DNA from: an uncultured Verrucomicrobia subdivision 3 bacterium
GTDB lineage: Bacteria; Verrucomicrobiota; Verrucomicrobiia; Limisphaerales; UBA11358
Assembly: GCA_903888765.1 (NCBI GenBank)
Contig: CAISVF010000039.1
Location: 1 to 62,701 of the forward strand
Reading direction: 5' to 3'
DNA: 62,701 bases
Made by a program: the position numbers and the translations under genes
Part shown: positions 35,909 to 45,310 of the stretch, piece after piece
Position numbering within the stretch: position 1 is the stretch's first letter
How the letters are laid out: the number at the start of each line of letters is the position of its first letter
Notes under the pieces: generated by a model
Seen by the model: the letters and a program-made list of their open reading frames with translations, nothing else
What the model was told of the DNA's origin: nothing
Databases searched by the model: none

Positions 35909-37384
35909 CTAAGCCGGGGATTTTTTCCGCCAGGCACCAAGAATCACCACCAGGAAGACTACTTCAATCGCCCCGGCAATTCCCAGCAGCATTTCATAGG
36001 ACCATTGAGACGGGGACTGCACCAGCACAATGTCCTTGGGTGAACGCAGGAGCAGGCGGAATGACTTCGCGCGCCAGTCCTTACCAGCCTGCCAGTTATT
36101 GCCGCGCTCGATCAGACAAATGCCCGTGACCATGACTTCGCTGCCGTTAAACAACCCGGGGAGTTGGTCGGCAATGGCACCCTGCGGCAGATAAGCTTGA
36201 AAAATAAAATCACCGGACTCAAGCAGGAGAAATTGATTAAGCCCGCGATCCACCCGCTCCAGCAATTTTGCCGAAACCTGCACTAGGCGGCAGTCATGCG
36301 AGCCCGACAACATATCGTTGAGATCCAGGCAGTCATGCGCGCCCGTCAATATCTTATTCAGATCCACGACGTCGGCCTTTGGCTCGGTGCCGGTGCCGGT
36401 TTTTCGATAGATCGCGTCTTCCAGAATCGGTGTGTATTCGCCCTTCGCGGGCGAGCCGAGGACTTCCACCTGATCGCCCAGTTGCACGGGTTCACGCAGC
36501 AAAGTCTGGCAATGCAGTCCATGGCTCCCATCCTGAATAAACAAGGCATTGCCCGGTTGAAAATAAACCACCGTGCCGGTCACCTTGACCCGGTGCGCCA
36601 GGCTTCCCTGCGGCGTGAATTGCAACAGGCCGTCAATCGGCTGCATCGGGGCATCATAGGGATTCGCCGGGCCCGCCTGTTCGATGACCAGTCCATCTGC
36701 GTTGGATACGAGCAGGCGGAAACCAAACAGCTGGCGCTGGTGGTTGAATAGCGTCGAGCAGACGCCGCGAACCCGCACCGTGGCGTCCAAAAGATCGTCG
36801 GGCTTGGCCACCGGCAGTTGCTTCGTGATGACATTGAACCGCTCCCCATCCACCACCACGTCAACAAAGTAATTGCCCGACGATTTCTCAAAACGCACTG
36901 CCCGGACATTCCCGTTGATTTCCACCATTTGACTGTCTTCCGCACCGCTCAAAAGCCGCTGGAGACTGGAGGGTTTGGCCTCAGGGAGATTGCCATCGCC
37001 CACGACTTTGATACTCGTGGGCATGACCACGGGGGCGAACTCACCTGGACCGGTGACGCCATCCACCTCGACCAACTGCCCCGCTTTCAACGCAAGCGTG
37101 TTGGTCACCTGCAAATAGATCCCGGCTGTGGCGTCCTGCAAGAAACGCGAAAAAAGCCCATCGTCATAAAACGTCACCACGCCGCGCAACTTGACCGGAT
37201 AATGCTTTTCTGCGTCAGCCGTCGATAGGCCGCGAACTTCGGCCACGGTGGTCAAAACCCGTTCCGGCGTCTGCGCGCTCGCCTGGCGCAGGCCAAAACC
37301 AAACAGCAGGGCCAAGCCCAAGGCAAGGGCGCTGGGAATTCCCCGGGTGGTTCCTGCCATCATCGTTGTGTTGGTCGTTTTCAT
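35909..37384 (-). CDS. Membrane-anchored, kinase-less paralog of the histidine-kinase sensor ectodomain
   Basis: Signal peptide plus a ~410-aa domain collinear with residues ~29-440 of the kinase at 58311..60398. Shared runs include LFSRFLQD.TAGIYLQ, TVRVRGVCSTLFNHQRQLF, LLQFTPQ, YTP.L.DAIYRK and NWRAKSF..LLRSP. One C-terminal TM helix follows (LLGIAGAIEVVFLVVILGAW), then only RKKSPA. Confidence 0.75.
   Translation of the reverse strand: MKTTNTTMMAGTTRGIPSALALGLALLFGFGLRQASAQTPERVLTTVAEVRGLSTADAEKHYPVKLRGVVTFYDDGLFSRFLQDATAGIYLQVTNTLALKAGQLVEVDGVTGPGEFAPVVMPTSIKVVGDGNLPEAKPSSLQRLLSGAEDSQMVEINGNVRAVRFEKSSGNYFVDVVVDGERFNVITKQLPVAKPDDLLDATVRVRGVCSTLFNHQRQLFGFRLLVSNADGLVIEQAGPANPYDAPMQPIDGLLQFTPQGSLAHRVKVTGTVVYFQPGNALFIQDGSHGLHCQTLLREPVQLGDQVEVLGSPAKGEYTPILEDAIYRKTGTGTEPKADVVDLNKILTGAHDCLDLNDMLSGSHDCRLVQVSAKLLERVDRGLNQFLLLESGDFIFQAYLPQGAIADQLPGLFNGSEVMVTGICLIERGNNWQAGKDWRAKSFRLLLRSPKDIVLVQSPSQWSYEMLLGIAGAIEVVFLVVILGAWRKKSPA
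36290..36367. repeat. Imperfect in-frame 39-bp tandem duplication inside the orphan sensor gene
   Basis: gcagtcatgcgagcccgacaacatatcgttgagatccag / gcagtcatgcgcgcccgtcaatatcttattcagatccac. This encodes ..LNKILTGAHDC/LDLNDMLSGSHDC.. The kinase paralog has a single copy (..ALKGKHDC..). Confidence 0.8.
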
Positions 37385-37452
37385 AATGTTGTTCTGATTT
37401 TATGGTTGCTGAAATTTTTGAAAAATGTTTGCTACTAAGATTTCGCTGGTTG

Positions 37453-38529
37453 TTAATCCGGATAAAGCCGGTTGCTGGCTAGCTTCGCCTTCCGATCCAC
37501 CGTGAACAATCCCCAATGCTTCTCTGCGCCGAGCGGGTCGCCGGCATCGCCCTTCCAGTCTTCGTCAAACGCCTCAAAAAAGAAAGTTGTGATATGCATT
37601 TTGCCCGTCCAGGCAAAAAGATCGTGATAATACTTTTCCTGCTTTTCTTCGCTCGCCCGTGCGCCAAATTCCTTTGCCACGGTCGCCCAGCCCGCCTCGG
37701 TGATAACGATCCGGCTTTTCGGCAGGGCATTTCGCACCGCTTGGAGATTGGCGATGGTGTAGGTCATGGCCTCGTCAATGTCCTTCTTCTCCCATTCCGG
37801 ATACGTATGCACGGAAATAAAATTCAGTTCCTGCGCCAGCGCTGTGCCGTGATGCGCCCACCAGTCGTAATTGTCGCAAACGGTCACGGGCTGCTTCACG
37901 GCCTTTTTAACTTGTCTGACATAATCGATCACCGACTCCACCGGCACCATGTGATCGTTCCAACTCACCAACGCCTCATTGCCAATGGCGACGGCCGCCA
38001 CAATGTCGCGGTACTGCTGCGCGAGGCGAATGGTGTTCTGGATTTCCGTCGCGTTTAACTTCTGATTCGCGGCCAGCACCTCCGCTGGAATCGGCTGGAG
38101 CCAGGTGCAATTCGTGTTGCTCACTTCAGCAGAAAGCCACGCACCCAGCATCACTTTGAGTTTTAATTTATTTTCCCGGATCAGCCGCAGAATGACCTCC
38201 GAATTCGTTCGCGCATCGTAAAGCCGGATCATCTTGAAAGTTCCCGCGAGGGTCAGTATATGCAGGTCTTCCAGAATTTGCTGCTCACTTGGATTAGCCG
38301 CGCCGCCGCCGCGATCTGGATGCTGACCATGGCGAAAACCTGAGTAACAAATTCCCTGCGGCAGGCCGGCCAGCAAATCCGCTTTCTTTTGCTGAAGCGA
38401 TACCAGCTTAGCATCGCCCGCATCGGGGTAGCCGGCCTGGCTTATCGGTGCGCACGAAAACAGCAGCAGCCAAGTGGTAACGATACTGGCAAACTTCCCC
38501 AAGGTCTTGGCTATGAAATGCAATTTCAT
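37453..38529 (-). CDS. Secreted clan GH-A glycoside hydrolase, GH17-like (beta-1,3-glucanase/transglycosylase candidate)
   Basis: ATG at 38529 (MKLHFIAKTLGKFASIVTTWLLLFSCAPISQA). GICYSGFRHGQHPDRG....PSEQQILEDLHIL, an acid/base-like AIGNEALVSW and a nucleophile-like VITEAGWAT are arranged as in GH17. Confidence 0.55.
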   Translation of the reverse strand: MKLHFIAKTLGKFASIVTTWLLLFSCAPISQAGYPDAGDAKLVSLQQKKADLLAGLPQGICYSGFRHGQHPDRGGGAANPSEQQILEDLHILTLAGTFKMIRLYDARTNSEVILRLIRENKLKLKVMLGAWLSAEVSNTNCTWLQPIPAEVLAANQKLNATEIQNTIRLAQQYRDIVAAVAIGNEALVSWNDHMVPVESVIDYVRQVKKAVKQPVTVCDNYDWWAHHGTALAQELNFISVHTYPEWEKKDIDEAMTYTIANLQAVRNALPKSRIVITEAGWATVAKEFGARASEEKQEKYYHDLFAWTGKMHITTFFFEAFDEDWKGDAGDPLGAEKHWGLFTVDRKAKLASNRLYPD

Positions 38530-38539
38530 CAGTACGGTT

Positions 38540-39964
38540 TCAGGAACTCGCCAGCGTTTCCGCGCCGCTGGCCAGAATGGTCTCATTATTCGGCACGGCT
38601 GGCTCTTCCCGTTGCCGGCGCTGCGCGAGTTCCTCGCGCATGGCTTTGCAGATATGTTCGTTGAGGCCATAGATGGTAAAACAAGCCGAGAGGATCAGTA
38701 GGCCACCGGCGGGAATCAGACTGTTCAGCAGGATGATGCCGTGGAGAGCATCCGGCGTCTGGACCGCATTCGGCACGTATCCAAAAGCCGAAATCAGGAA
38801 TCCGGCAAACGCCGCGCCGATGCCCATGCCGGCCTTTTGGGCGCAGGTTGTGGCGGAAAACACCACGCCAGTCGTGCGCGTTTTATATTTCCATTCCTGA
38901 AAATCAGCGGTGTCGGCCACTAGCGCCCAGAAGAGCGTGGCGTTGATGCCGGCGCAGATCATGCCGAGAACTACGAAAGTAAACACCAGCGTGGTCTGGT
39001 CCGGTTGGATCCAATAAAACGGAATCGCGGTCAGCGCCACCAGCACCAGACTGGTGATGAAGGCCGCTTTTTTGCCGATCGCCTTGACGGCGAACCGCGT
39101 CATCATCGCGCCGGAAATCATGGCCAGGCCGCTCACCAGGAAATAGGTGCCGATTTGTCCTCCGTCCCAGTGGAGATAGCTCTTGAGGTAATAGATGCCC
39201 GCCGTGCCGCGCACCACGGCAAATGTGATGTTCACAATGCCCGTGACAAACATCATGATCCAATGCCGGTTGAGAAACAGCGTCTTGAGATCTTCCGTCA
39301 TCTTCGTATGTTGATTGGCTGGCGGGTGAATCCGTTCCTTGGTCGTCACGAACGAAATCAGAAACAACACTATGGCAATGGCGCTAAAAAGCATCACGGT
39401 CCGCTGCGCGCCTAATTGCTGGTTTTGCCCGCCGAATTTGACAATGAGCACCATGAAACTGGAGTTGGCGATGATGCCGCCGATTTGCGCCAACGACATG
39501 CGGTAGGAATTCAGGCTAGTGCGCTCTAACGGGTCGTCCGTCATGACGCCCGACAGCGCGCCGTAAGGAATATTGATGGCCGAGTAGAGCAGCATCATCA
39601 GGTTGTACGTCACCCACGCCCAAACGATTTTTCCCGCAGGGCTGATATTGGGCGTGGTGAACGCCAGCACAAACACGACCGCCAGCGGCACGCACAGCCA
39701 GACGAGATACGGCCGAAAGCGACCCCACTTCGATTTGGTGCGATCAGCGATTGCGCCAATGAAAAAGTCCACCACGCCATCCGTGCTGCGGGCGAACAAT
39801 AGCATGGTGCCGGCGGCAGCGGCGGTGATGCCGAAAATATCCGTGTAGTAAAACATGATGAAATTCATCATCAGCGCCCACACGAAATTGCTCGCCGTGT
39901 CGCCCAAGCCGTAGCCGAACTTTTCGCCGAATGACAACTTCATGGATGTGGTATTGGTATGCAT
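38540..39964 (-). CDS. Glycoside-pentoside-hexuronide (GPH) family sugar:cation symporter
   Basis: The N-terminal KLSFGEKFGYGLGDTASNFVW motif is typical of MelB/XynP-like transporters. About 12 hydrophobic helices. Confidence 0.85.
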   Translation of the reverse strand: MHTNTTSMKLSFGEKFGYGLGDTASNFVWALMMNFIMFYYTDIFGITAAAAGTMLLFARSTDGVVDFFIGAIADRTKSKWGRFRPYLVWLCVPLAVVFVLAFTTPNISPAGKIVWAWVTYNLMMLLYSAINIPYGALSGVMTDDPLERTSLNSYRMSLAQIGGIIANSSFMVLIVKFGGQNQQLGAQRTVMLFSAIAIVLFLISFVTTKERIHPPANQHTKMTEDLKTLFLNRHWIMMFVTGIVNITFAVVRGTAGIYYLKSYLHWDGGQIGTYFLVSGLAMISGAMMTRFAVKAIGKKAAFITSLVLVALTAIPFYWIQPDQTTLVFTFVVLGMICAGINATLFWALVADTADFQEWKYKTRTTGVVFSATTCAQKAGMGIGAAFAGFLISAFGYVPNAVQTPDALHGIILLNSLIPAGGLLILSACFTIYGLNEHICKAMREELAQRRQREEPAVPNNETILASGAETLASS

Positions 39965-39985
39965 GGCATTGGTAATTTTTACACT

Positions 39986-42900
39986 TCAATCGCTCAAACT
40001 CGTTCGCTGAATTCCAACTGTCAGCCGCGTGATTTTACCGGCGCGCGAAAAAACCGCCTGGCTGTCAGCGTCAGATAATTTTTGTCCGGGAACCATCCGC
40101 GTGGCGCCAAAACCATCTTCAACGGCAATGGAAGCGGTTTCGGCCAGCTGGTAACAAACCGGAATCTGGCAGTAAGTGAACGCCAGGCTTTCGGCGGGCA
40201 ACCGCAAGGTCTGCTGAGCGCCGTTCACGTCCACATAAGCAAACTCCTTCGGCTCGCTAAAAAACTCCCGGCGACGCAAAAGCGTCGGCGCAAAAATCAG
40301 CGTGCCGTGGTTCACTTGAATTCCCAGTTCCGCCCAGCGCGTCAAAATTTCTTCCTTAACCTGTCCGGTCATGCCCGGTTGCTGCGCGCCGAGATGGCGC
40401 GGCGTGTGCGAGTAGGGATCGGTTGGAAAAGCGCCATAAACTTCCGGAGTCTTGGAAAAACCGAAGCCGCGGCGGATGTCGTAGTAAGCCACGCGCAGTC
40501 CGGCCACCACCTCGGGTGGTGCGCTCGTCTCCATCGCGCGGTGATGATTTTCTTCCACCGCCAGCAGCAGCTTGGCGATCATGTGCCAATAAATGCTGCC
40601 CAAGCCCTCGAACGCAAACATCGAACCACTGCGACCGGTGAACGCGCTGTGCTGGAAAACCGTTTCCCACAAGTGCAGCAACACCGCGCCATCCTGCCCG
40701 ATGGCCTGCTTCCAAAGCGCTTTGCCGGCCAGCCGGTCCAGCCGCGCCTCCAAGCCGGCGGCGTTGGCCAGGTCAGCCTGAAAATAGGCTCCCCCGTTGC
40801 CGTCCATGACGACTATGTCGCGGTTGCCGGCGACAGCGAGCGCGGCGATGGATGGAACTTGTTTTTCCCAGCCCGCCGGCAAGGTGTTGCGCGAAAGAAA
40901 CGGCACCATCTCGCGGTCGGGATACAGCAGGTAACTGTGCTGGTCGGCGCGGAATAAATCACTGTGGCGAAGTGCTTGCAGAAGCGACACCGCCTCCGCC
41001 GGCTTGAGTAGTCCGCTGCTTAACACTGCCACTTGACCTTCCAGCATCAGATTCAAGTGTCCGACCGACGCAGTTCCGCCGGAGATTCTCAGCAGGTTAT
41101 AACTGTGGAATAAACCGTCGGCACGCCGGTTGGCGGAGAGCGTCGCGTCCACGGCGCGAATGGCAGTGGCAATTAAATGCCTGATTTCAGACGTCGGCAC
41201 GGTCGTTTGTGCCCCCAGTTCGCCTTGATACACAGCTTGGCGATGATGCTCGCCCGCCTTGCCCAGCGCGGTCAGCAGTTGTAAGCGCGCGGCATCATCG
41301 GCACATTCTGACTTCACTAAAATGGCCGTAAGCTTTTTGGCAAAGCGCGCCACTTCGGCGGAAAGAATTACGGTCTCGCCCGCTGCCGCAAAAATCTGAA
41401 ATAGAAAATTTAAATAGCGGCGCAGATAGGCAACCGTGACCAGGGAAAGCCCCCAGCCGGCGAGCGCGTTGTTGGCGTCGTTCCATTCCGGCCGCTGCGT
41501 GTTCAGCCAGATGCCGCCCCCGGGCACAAAGTTGCTCAATTTGGCGAGCAGCGGCACGAGCAGTTTTTCCGCCAGCGACACCAGCAGCACATCGTGGTCT
41601 CTGCCGGTTTGCAGTTTGCCGTCGTTGCCAATTTCCCTGGCGCGGGACCAAAGATTTTTATGCAGCTCGCTGTTAAAATGAATGGAGTGACGCGGATCGC
41701 GCAGCAGTTCCGCAAAATTTTTTATTTCATAGGGAACCTGGGCGTAAGCGAAAGAATTTTCGTTCAGGCCATGCGCCAGCTTGCCCGGCTCAAAGCGTTC
41801 GTAGCTTTCCAGCAGCCGCAGCAGGTAGATAATCTGGTGATCGCCCCAATAGCCAATGTGACTCCACGGATCATGCGGGTCTTCGACTTCCCAGTCAATT
41901 CCGCCGCGCGTGATGCGATAGGGATTGTAGCCGTCAGCGGTCGAGGCGTTCAGGAAAATGGAAACCATGGATTCCAGGCACGCCGGATAACTCTGCGCGA
42001 GACTTTCCCAATTCTGGAAAATGTCGCGCCAGTTGCCCTGATAATCGTAAATCGTCTGGCCTTGCTCGTCGCGGGTGCGAATCGAAAAGCGATTCCACGG
42101 GCGGCTCGGATCGCCGTGGCGGCGGCTGAAGGTCAGCGGCAGATACTCGCGAACGAGCCGGATGAATTGCGGATCGTCCGTGGTCACGGCGCGCTGGCGC
42201 AGCGTGGCCAAATCGAGCTGCGCGGGCAACTGCTCCAACCATGACGAATACCGCGCGCTGATGGTGGCATTGCGGACGTGCAAAAACGCGGCAAAGTCTG
42301 ACGACGGAAAACGGTAGCCGTCCGGCAGCGTGCCGCCTCTCATGCAGTTGAAGAGGACATTGGCAAAATGATGAACGCTTACGGTGGTGTCAGCGGTCTG
42401 CTGGAAGCCATCCGCCGCCCCAATGCGCTGCTTCAGACCTCCTAGCGTCGCGCGCACGTCCGCTTCCACGGCATTTTTTAATAGTGTTGGGGACGCGAGT
42501 TGCTTCTGCAATGCCGTCAAGGCGCTATGATCAAGGCCGGTGTCAGCGACGGTGACCCATGCGTGCGTGGTGCTGGATTGGATTTCGACGGAGTCGCAAA
42601 TGAAATACGCGCCGGGCTCGCCGCGCACTTCGGTCTCGTTTTTCACGCGCCCGCCGCGTCGGAAATTTTCCACCTGCCGCTCGCACAGCAGCACCGTCGG
42701 ATTGGCGTGGCCAACCGACCAAGCGGCGGCGGCGCGCAGCGACTCGCACGGCTCGGCCCGGTCGCTGATGCCAGAGTTCAGCGTGAAGATGCCGAGGCCG
42801 CGCTGGTTTTCGTGACGCATATAGGCGGCGGCCAGATAGCTGTATTTTTCAAACAAATCCTGCCCGACGCCCGCCGGAAGCATCTGATTCCAGCCGTCGA

Positions 42901-43468
42901 GATAGCGAACACCAACCTTGTCGGGATTCAGATTTTCCAAGGAGCAGAAACGCACCAGACCAAACCTATCGGAGGTCGTGAGTGTCCAGGCGAAACGCAG
43001 ACCGAGGTCTTCGTTGATTTCCTCGAATATGACGCTGGTGCCGAATTCGCTTTTGTAAAGGTTCCGCTGGATGCGATAAGCGCTCGGTGCACTTTGCCAC
43101 GGTTCCCACAGCGAATAACCGTTCTTCCGCTCCACGAGAAAAACACTGCGCGCACCGCTGCTGCCGGGCTGAGCCAGGATTTTATCCGCCGTGCGATACG
43201 GGAAAATCGCGTGGTCGGCGTCGCCGCGGCCAGCGGTGAATGGTGAGTTGCTGCCGGCGAATAGCCAGAGGTTCCCGTTGCTGACAATGCTCATCAGGAA
43301 CGGCGGCATGGCGTTGACGTTGCGGATGACCACAAAAGTCTCGCCGTTGATCAAGACGGAGGAAGATTCCGCCCTTCCCGCCGCGGCGGGCAAAAGACTT
43401 GCGCCGATAAAAACGGAATCCACTTTCTTTTCCGGCAAGGATGGCTGCTCGAGTCGTTCCATTTGCAT
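39986..43468 (-). CDS. Large cytoplasmic GH94-clan-like glycoside phosphorylase candidate (beta-1,3-glucan/oligoglucan phosphorylase hypothesis)
   Basis: 1160 aa with no signal peptide. It contains RHGDPSRPWN, GNWRDIFQNWE and, further on, RPEWNDANNAL. These appear in the order of the RD..Q and DWND catalytic-region motifs of GH94-type phosphorylases. The start lies 6 nt after the upstream stop. Confidence 0.5.
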   Translation of the reverse strand: MQMERLEQPSLPEKKVDSVFIGASLLPAAAGRAESSSVLINGETFVVIRNVNAMPPFLMSIVSNGNLWLFAGSNSPFTAGRGDADHAIFPYRTADKILAQPGSSGARSVFLVERKNGYSLWEPWQSAPSAYRIQRNLYKSEFGTSVIFEEINEDLGLRFAWTLTTSDRFGLVRFCSLENLNPDKVGVRYLDGWNQMLPAGVGQDLFEKYSYLAAAYMRHENQRGLGIFTLNSGISDRAEPCESLRAAAAWSVGHANPTVLLCERQVENFRRGGRVKNETEVRGEPGAYFICDSVEIQSSTTHAWVTVADTGLDHSALTALQKQLASPTLLKNAVEADVRATLGGLKQRIGAADGFQQTADTTVSVHHFANVLFNCMRGGTLPDGYRFPSSDFAAFLHVRNATISARYSSWLEQLPAQLDLATLRQRAVTTDDPQFIRLVREYLPLTFSRRHGDPSRPWNRFSIRTRDEQGQTIYDYQGNWRDIFQNWESLAQSYPACLESMVSIFLNASTADGYNPYRITRGGIDWEVEDPHDPWSHIGYWGDHQIIYLLRLLESYERFEPGKLAHGLNENSFAYAQVPYEIKNFAELLRDPRHSIHFNSELHKNLWSRAREIGNDGKLQTGRDHDVLLVSLAEKLLVPLLAKLSNFVPGGGIWLNTQRPEWNDANNALAGWGLSLVTVAYLRRYLNFLFQIFAAAGETVILSAEVARFAKKLTAILVKSECADDAARLQLLTALGKAGEHHRQAVYQGELGAQTTVPTSEIRHLIATAIRAVDATLSANRRADGLFHSYNLLRISGGTASVGHLNLMLEGQVAVLSSGLLKPAEAVSLLQALRHSDLFRADQHSYLLYPDREMVPFLSRNTLPAGWEKQVPSIAALAVAGNRDIVVMDGNGGAYFQADLANAAGLEARLDRLAGKALWKQAIGQDGAVLLHLWETVFQHSAFTGRSGSMFAFEGLGSIYWHMIAKLLLAVEENHHRAMETSAPPEVVAGLRVAYYDIRRGFGFSKTPEVYGAFPTDPYSHTPRHLGAQQPGMTGQVKEEILTRWAELGIQVNHGTLIFAPTLLRRREFFSEPKEFAYVDVNGAQQTLRLPAESLAFTYCQIPVCYQLAETASIAVEDGFGATRMVPGQKLSDADSQAVFSRAGKITRLTVGIQRTSLSD

Positions 43469-43474
43469 TAAAAA

Positions 43475-45283
43475 TTATTCAAACCGGATGTCGTCCAGAT
43501 AAAAAGTGACCGGATGGCCCTGACTGGCGAGCGACCAGCCGAAACCGGTCTTGATGCGCACCAATGAATCGTTTGTCAACTCGATGGCATATTCTTTCCA
43601 TTCCTTGGTGAGTGTCACGCCTTCGAGGCTACCGCTGGCGGAATCAAAAAAGTTCTTGTCGTGGCCCAGCACGCCGAACTTGAACGCCACCGCTTCGCCG
43701 CCTTCCCCGCCGCGCGCCCAGAATACCAGCTTCTTTGCACCGGTCAGATTCCAACCGCCGTCGCGGTCGCCCCAATCGTCCGCTGGATCCTGCCAGACGA
43801 TTCCGCCCCATTCGCTGTCGGAGTTGAACTGAAACTGCATGCACGTTGGTGCACTGTGCGGATTTTCCGTCCAGCCCAGATTCATTTTGAGGGCCGAGGT
43901 TTTGCCCATCCAGCCGGAGGGAATAAAATGATTCTTCGCGCTCGACTGGTTTTCGTAGATGAAAAACGGCAGCGTGGCCGTCTTGCCCGGCGGAACCGAC
44001 TCGTCCTGCAAATGCACGTGAAACGGCAGGTTCGCCACGCTGGAACCGGCACCGTTGTTGGCGTAGGCAAACACGCGGTAGCCGCCTTCGTTCTTCGGCA
44101 CGCTGATTTCACAATGCTTCTCGTCGCTGCTCAAGATGGCGGATTGGAGTTCGGCCAGAACCGGTTCTTCCTGGCCGCCGACGCCGGTTTTGTTCTGCTC
44201 GGGTTGCACCACCCAGCGCACTTTGATGGGACGACCGCCGGGATCGGTGGCATCCAAATTGATCTTCAAGATTTGCCCCGGCTTGAGATCGTTCCGGCCT
44301 TCCATCCTGAGTCGCTGGATGACCGGGCAAAGATTTTTAGGCGGCTGTCCGGACCAGAGTTCGGTCATGGTATCCACTGCGTTGACTTTGGAGCCGTCAG
44401 GCAGAAACATGCCAAACCAGGTCGCGGTGGATTCCTGCTTGTGGCCCCACAAAAATGCGTAGGAGCCAACACACCAGGGTTTGTGCTCAACCGAGCCGAC
44501 ATAAGCCCGGCGATACCAATCAGCTTTCTCCGGACTGGTCGGTTCGATGGGCGCGGCCCAGGCCGTCTTGTCGCCTTCCCACGCCCCGGGCGGACCAAAC
44601 TCGGTGATGATGTAGGGTTTCTGCGGATTCAGCGCGGCGTAACGTGTGGCGATGCTCGACGCCCCGGCATAGCTGTTGATGCCAACGATGTCCACGTCCG
44701 GACAAAATCGGTTGATGCTCGGGATGCGTTTGTCGCCGATCTCCGCCATCACCGTCATCACGGGATGATTGGGGTCCAGTTCCTTCGCAAGTTTTGCGGC
44801 GTCGTTTACATTTTTCCAAATCGCCGGCTTGCCTCCGTCTTTGTAGCCTTCCATTTCGTTGCCGATGCCCCACATCAAAACGGCGGGATGATCCTTGTAG
44901 CGCAGCACGGCTTTGCGCACGGCGTCCAATTGCTGCTGGAGCATCTCCGGGTTGTCGTAACTGAATTTCTGAGTGTCGCCTTCGTGGTGCAGCCAGATGC
45001 CGACGGTGACGGTGAGGCCGTTTTTCTGCGCCTCGTCGAGCAGCGGCCCAAGGTCGTCCCCGCCCCAGGTGCGGACGGAATTTGCTCCGGCGGCGGCCAG
45101 CAAATCCAGCCGTCCGGTGCCGCCGGCGCCCTTCACAAAAAACGGCTGCCCGCCGCGCTGGAGCTGCCAGCCATACGCAGTGTGCAGTAATTCCACCTTA
45201 ACCGGCGCAGCCATGATGGGCAACGCCAGCGCGGCGATGCCACACCCCAGAACAATTTTTACCGCCGAAATAAGCATTTTCAT
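43475..45283 (-). CDS. Secreted clan GH-A (beta/alpha)8 glycoside hydrolase, Ig-like domain and C-terminal CBM-like domain
   Basis: Signal peptide, then MWGIGNEMEG (acid/base NE) and YIITEFGPPG (nucleophile E). The C-terminal ~170 aa are paralogous to the whole mature protein encoded at 45311..45925. The family cannot be assigned by eye; GH158, GH5 and GH2-TIM-like are candidates. Confidence 0.7.
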   Translation of the reverse strand: MKMLISAVKIVLGCGIAALALPIMAAPVKVELLHTAYGWQLQRGGQPFFVKGAGGTGRLDLLAAAGANSVRTWGGDDLGPLLDEAQKNGLTVTVGIWLHHEGDTQKFSYDNPEMLQQQLDAVRKAVLRYKDHPAVLMWGIGNEMEGYKDGGKPAIWKNVNDAAKLAKELDPNHPVMTVMAEIGDKRIPSINRFCPDVDIVGINSYAGASSIATRYAALNPQKPYIITEFGPPGAWEGDKTAWAAPIEPTSPEKADWYRRAYVGSVEHKPWCVGSYAFLWGHKQESTATWFGMFLPDGSKVNAVDTMTELWSGQPPKNLCPVIQRLRMEGRNDLKPGQILKINLDATDPGGRPIKVRWVVQPEQNKTGVGGQEEPVLAELQSAILSSDEKHCEISVPKNEGGYRVFAYANNGAGSSVANLPFHVHLQDESVPPGKTATLPFFIYENQSSAKNHFIPSGWMGKTSALKMNLGWTENPHSAPTCMQFQFNSDSEWGGIVWQDPADDWGDRDGGWNLTGAKKLVFWARGGEGGEAVAFKFGVLGHDKNFFDSASGSLEGVTLTKEWKEYAIELTNDSLVRIKTGFGWSLASQGHPVTFYLDDIRFE

Positions 45284-45310
45284 TTTTCGTGGAAACCGCC
45301 GCGGCCATCA

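Noticed and set aside
43661-45190. Long antisense ORFs opposite confidently assigned genes. Examples: 43661..45190 (+, 509 aa), 12005..13048 (+), 16028..17047 (-), 29948..30880 (+), 31832..32911 (+), 57730..58689 (+), 5035..5886 (+), 40082..40957 (+).
   Set aside because: Each mirrors a gene with clear family motifs on the other strand. Their translations are Arg/Gly/His/Pro-rich with no recognisable motifs. Such shadow ORFs are expected in high-GC DNA.
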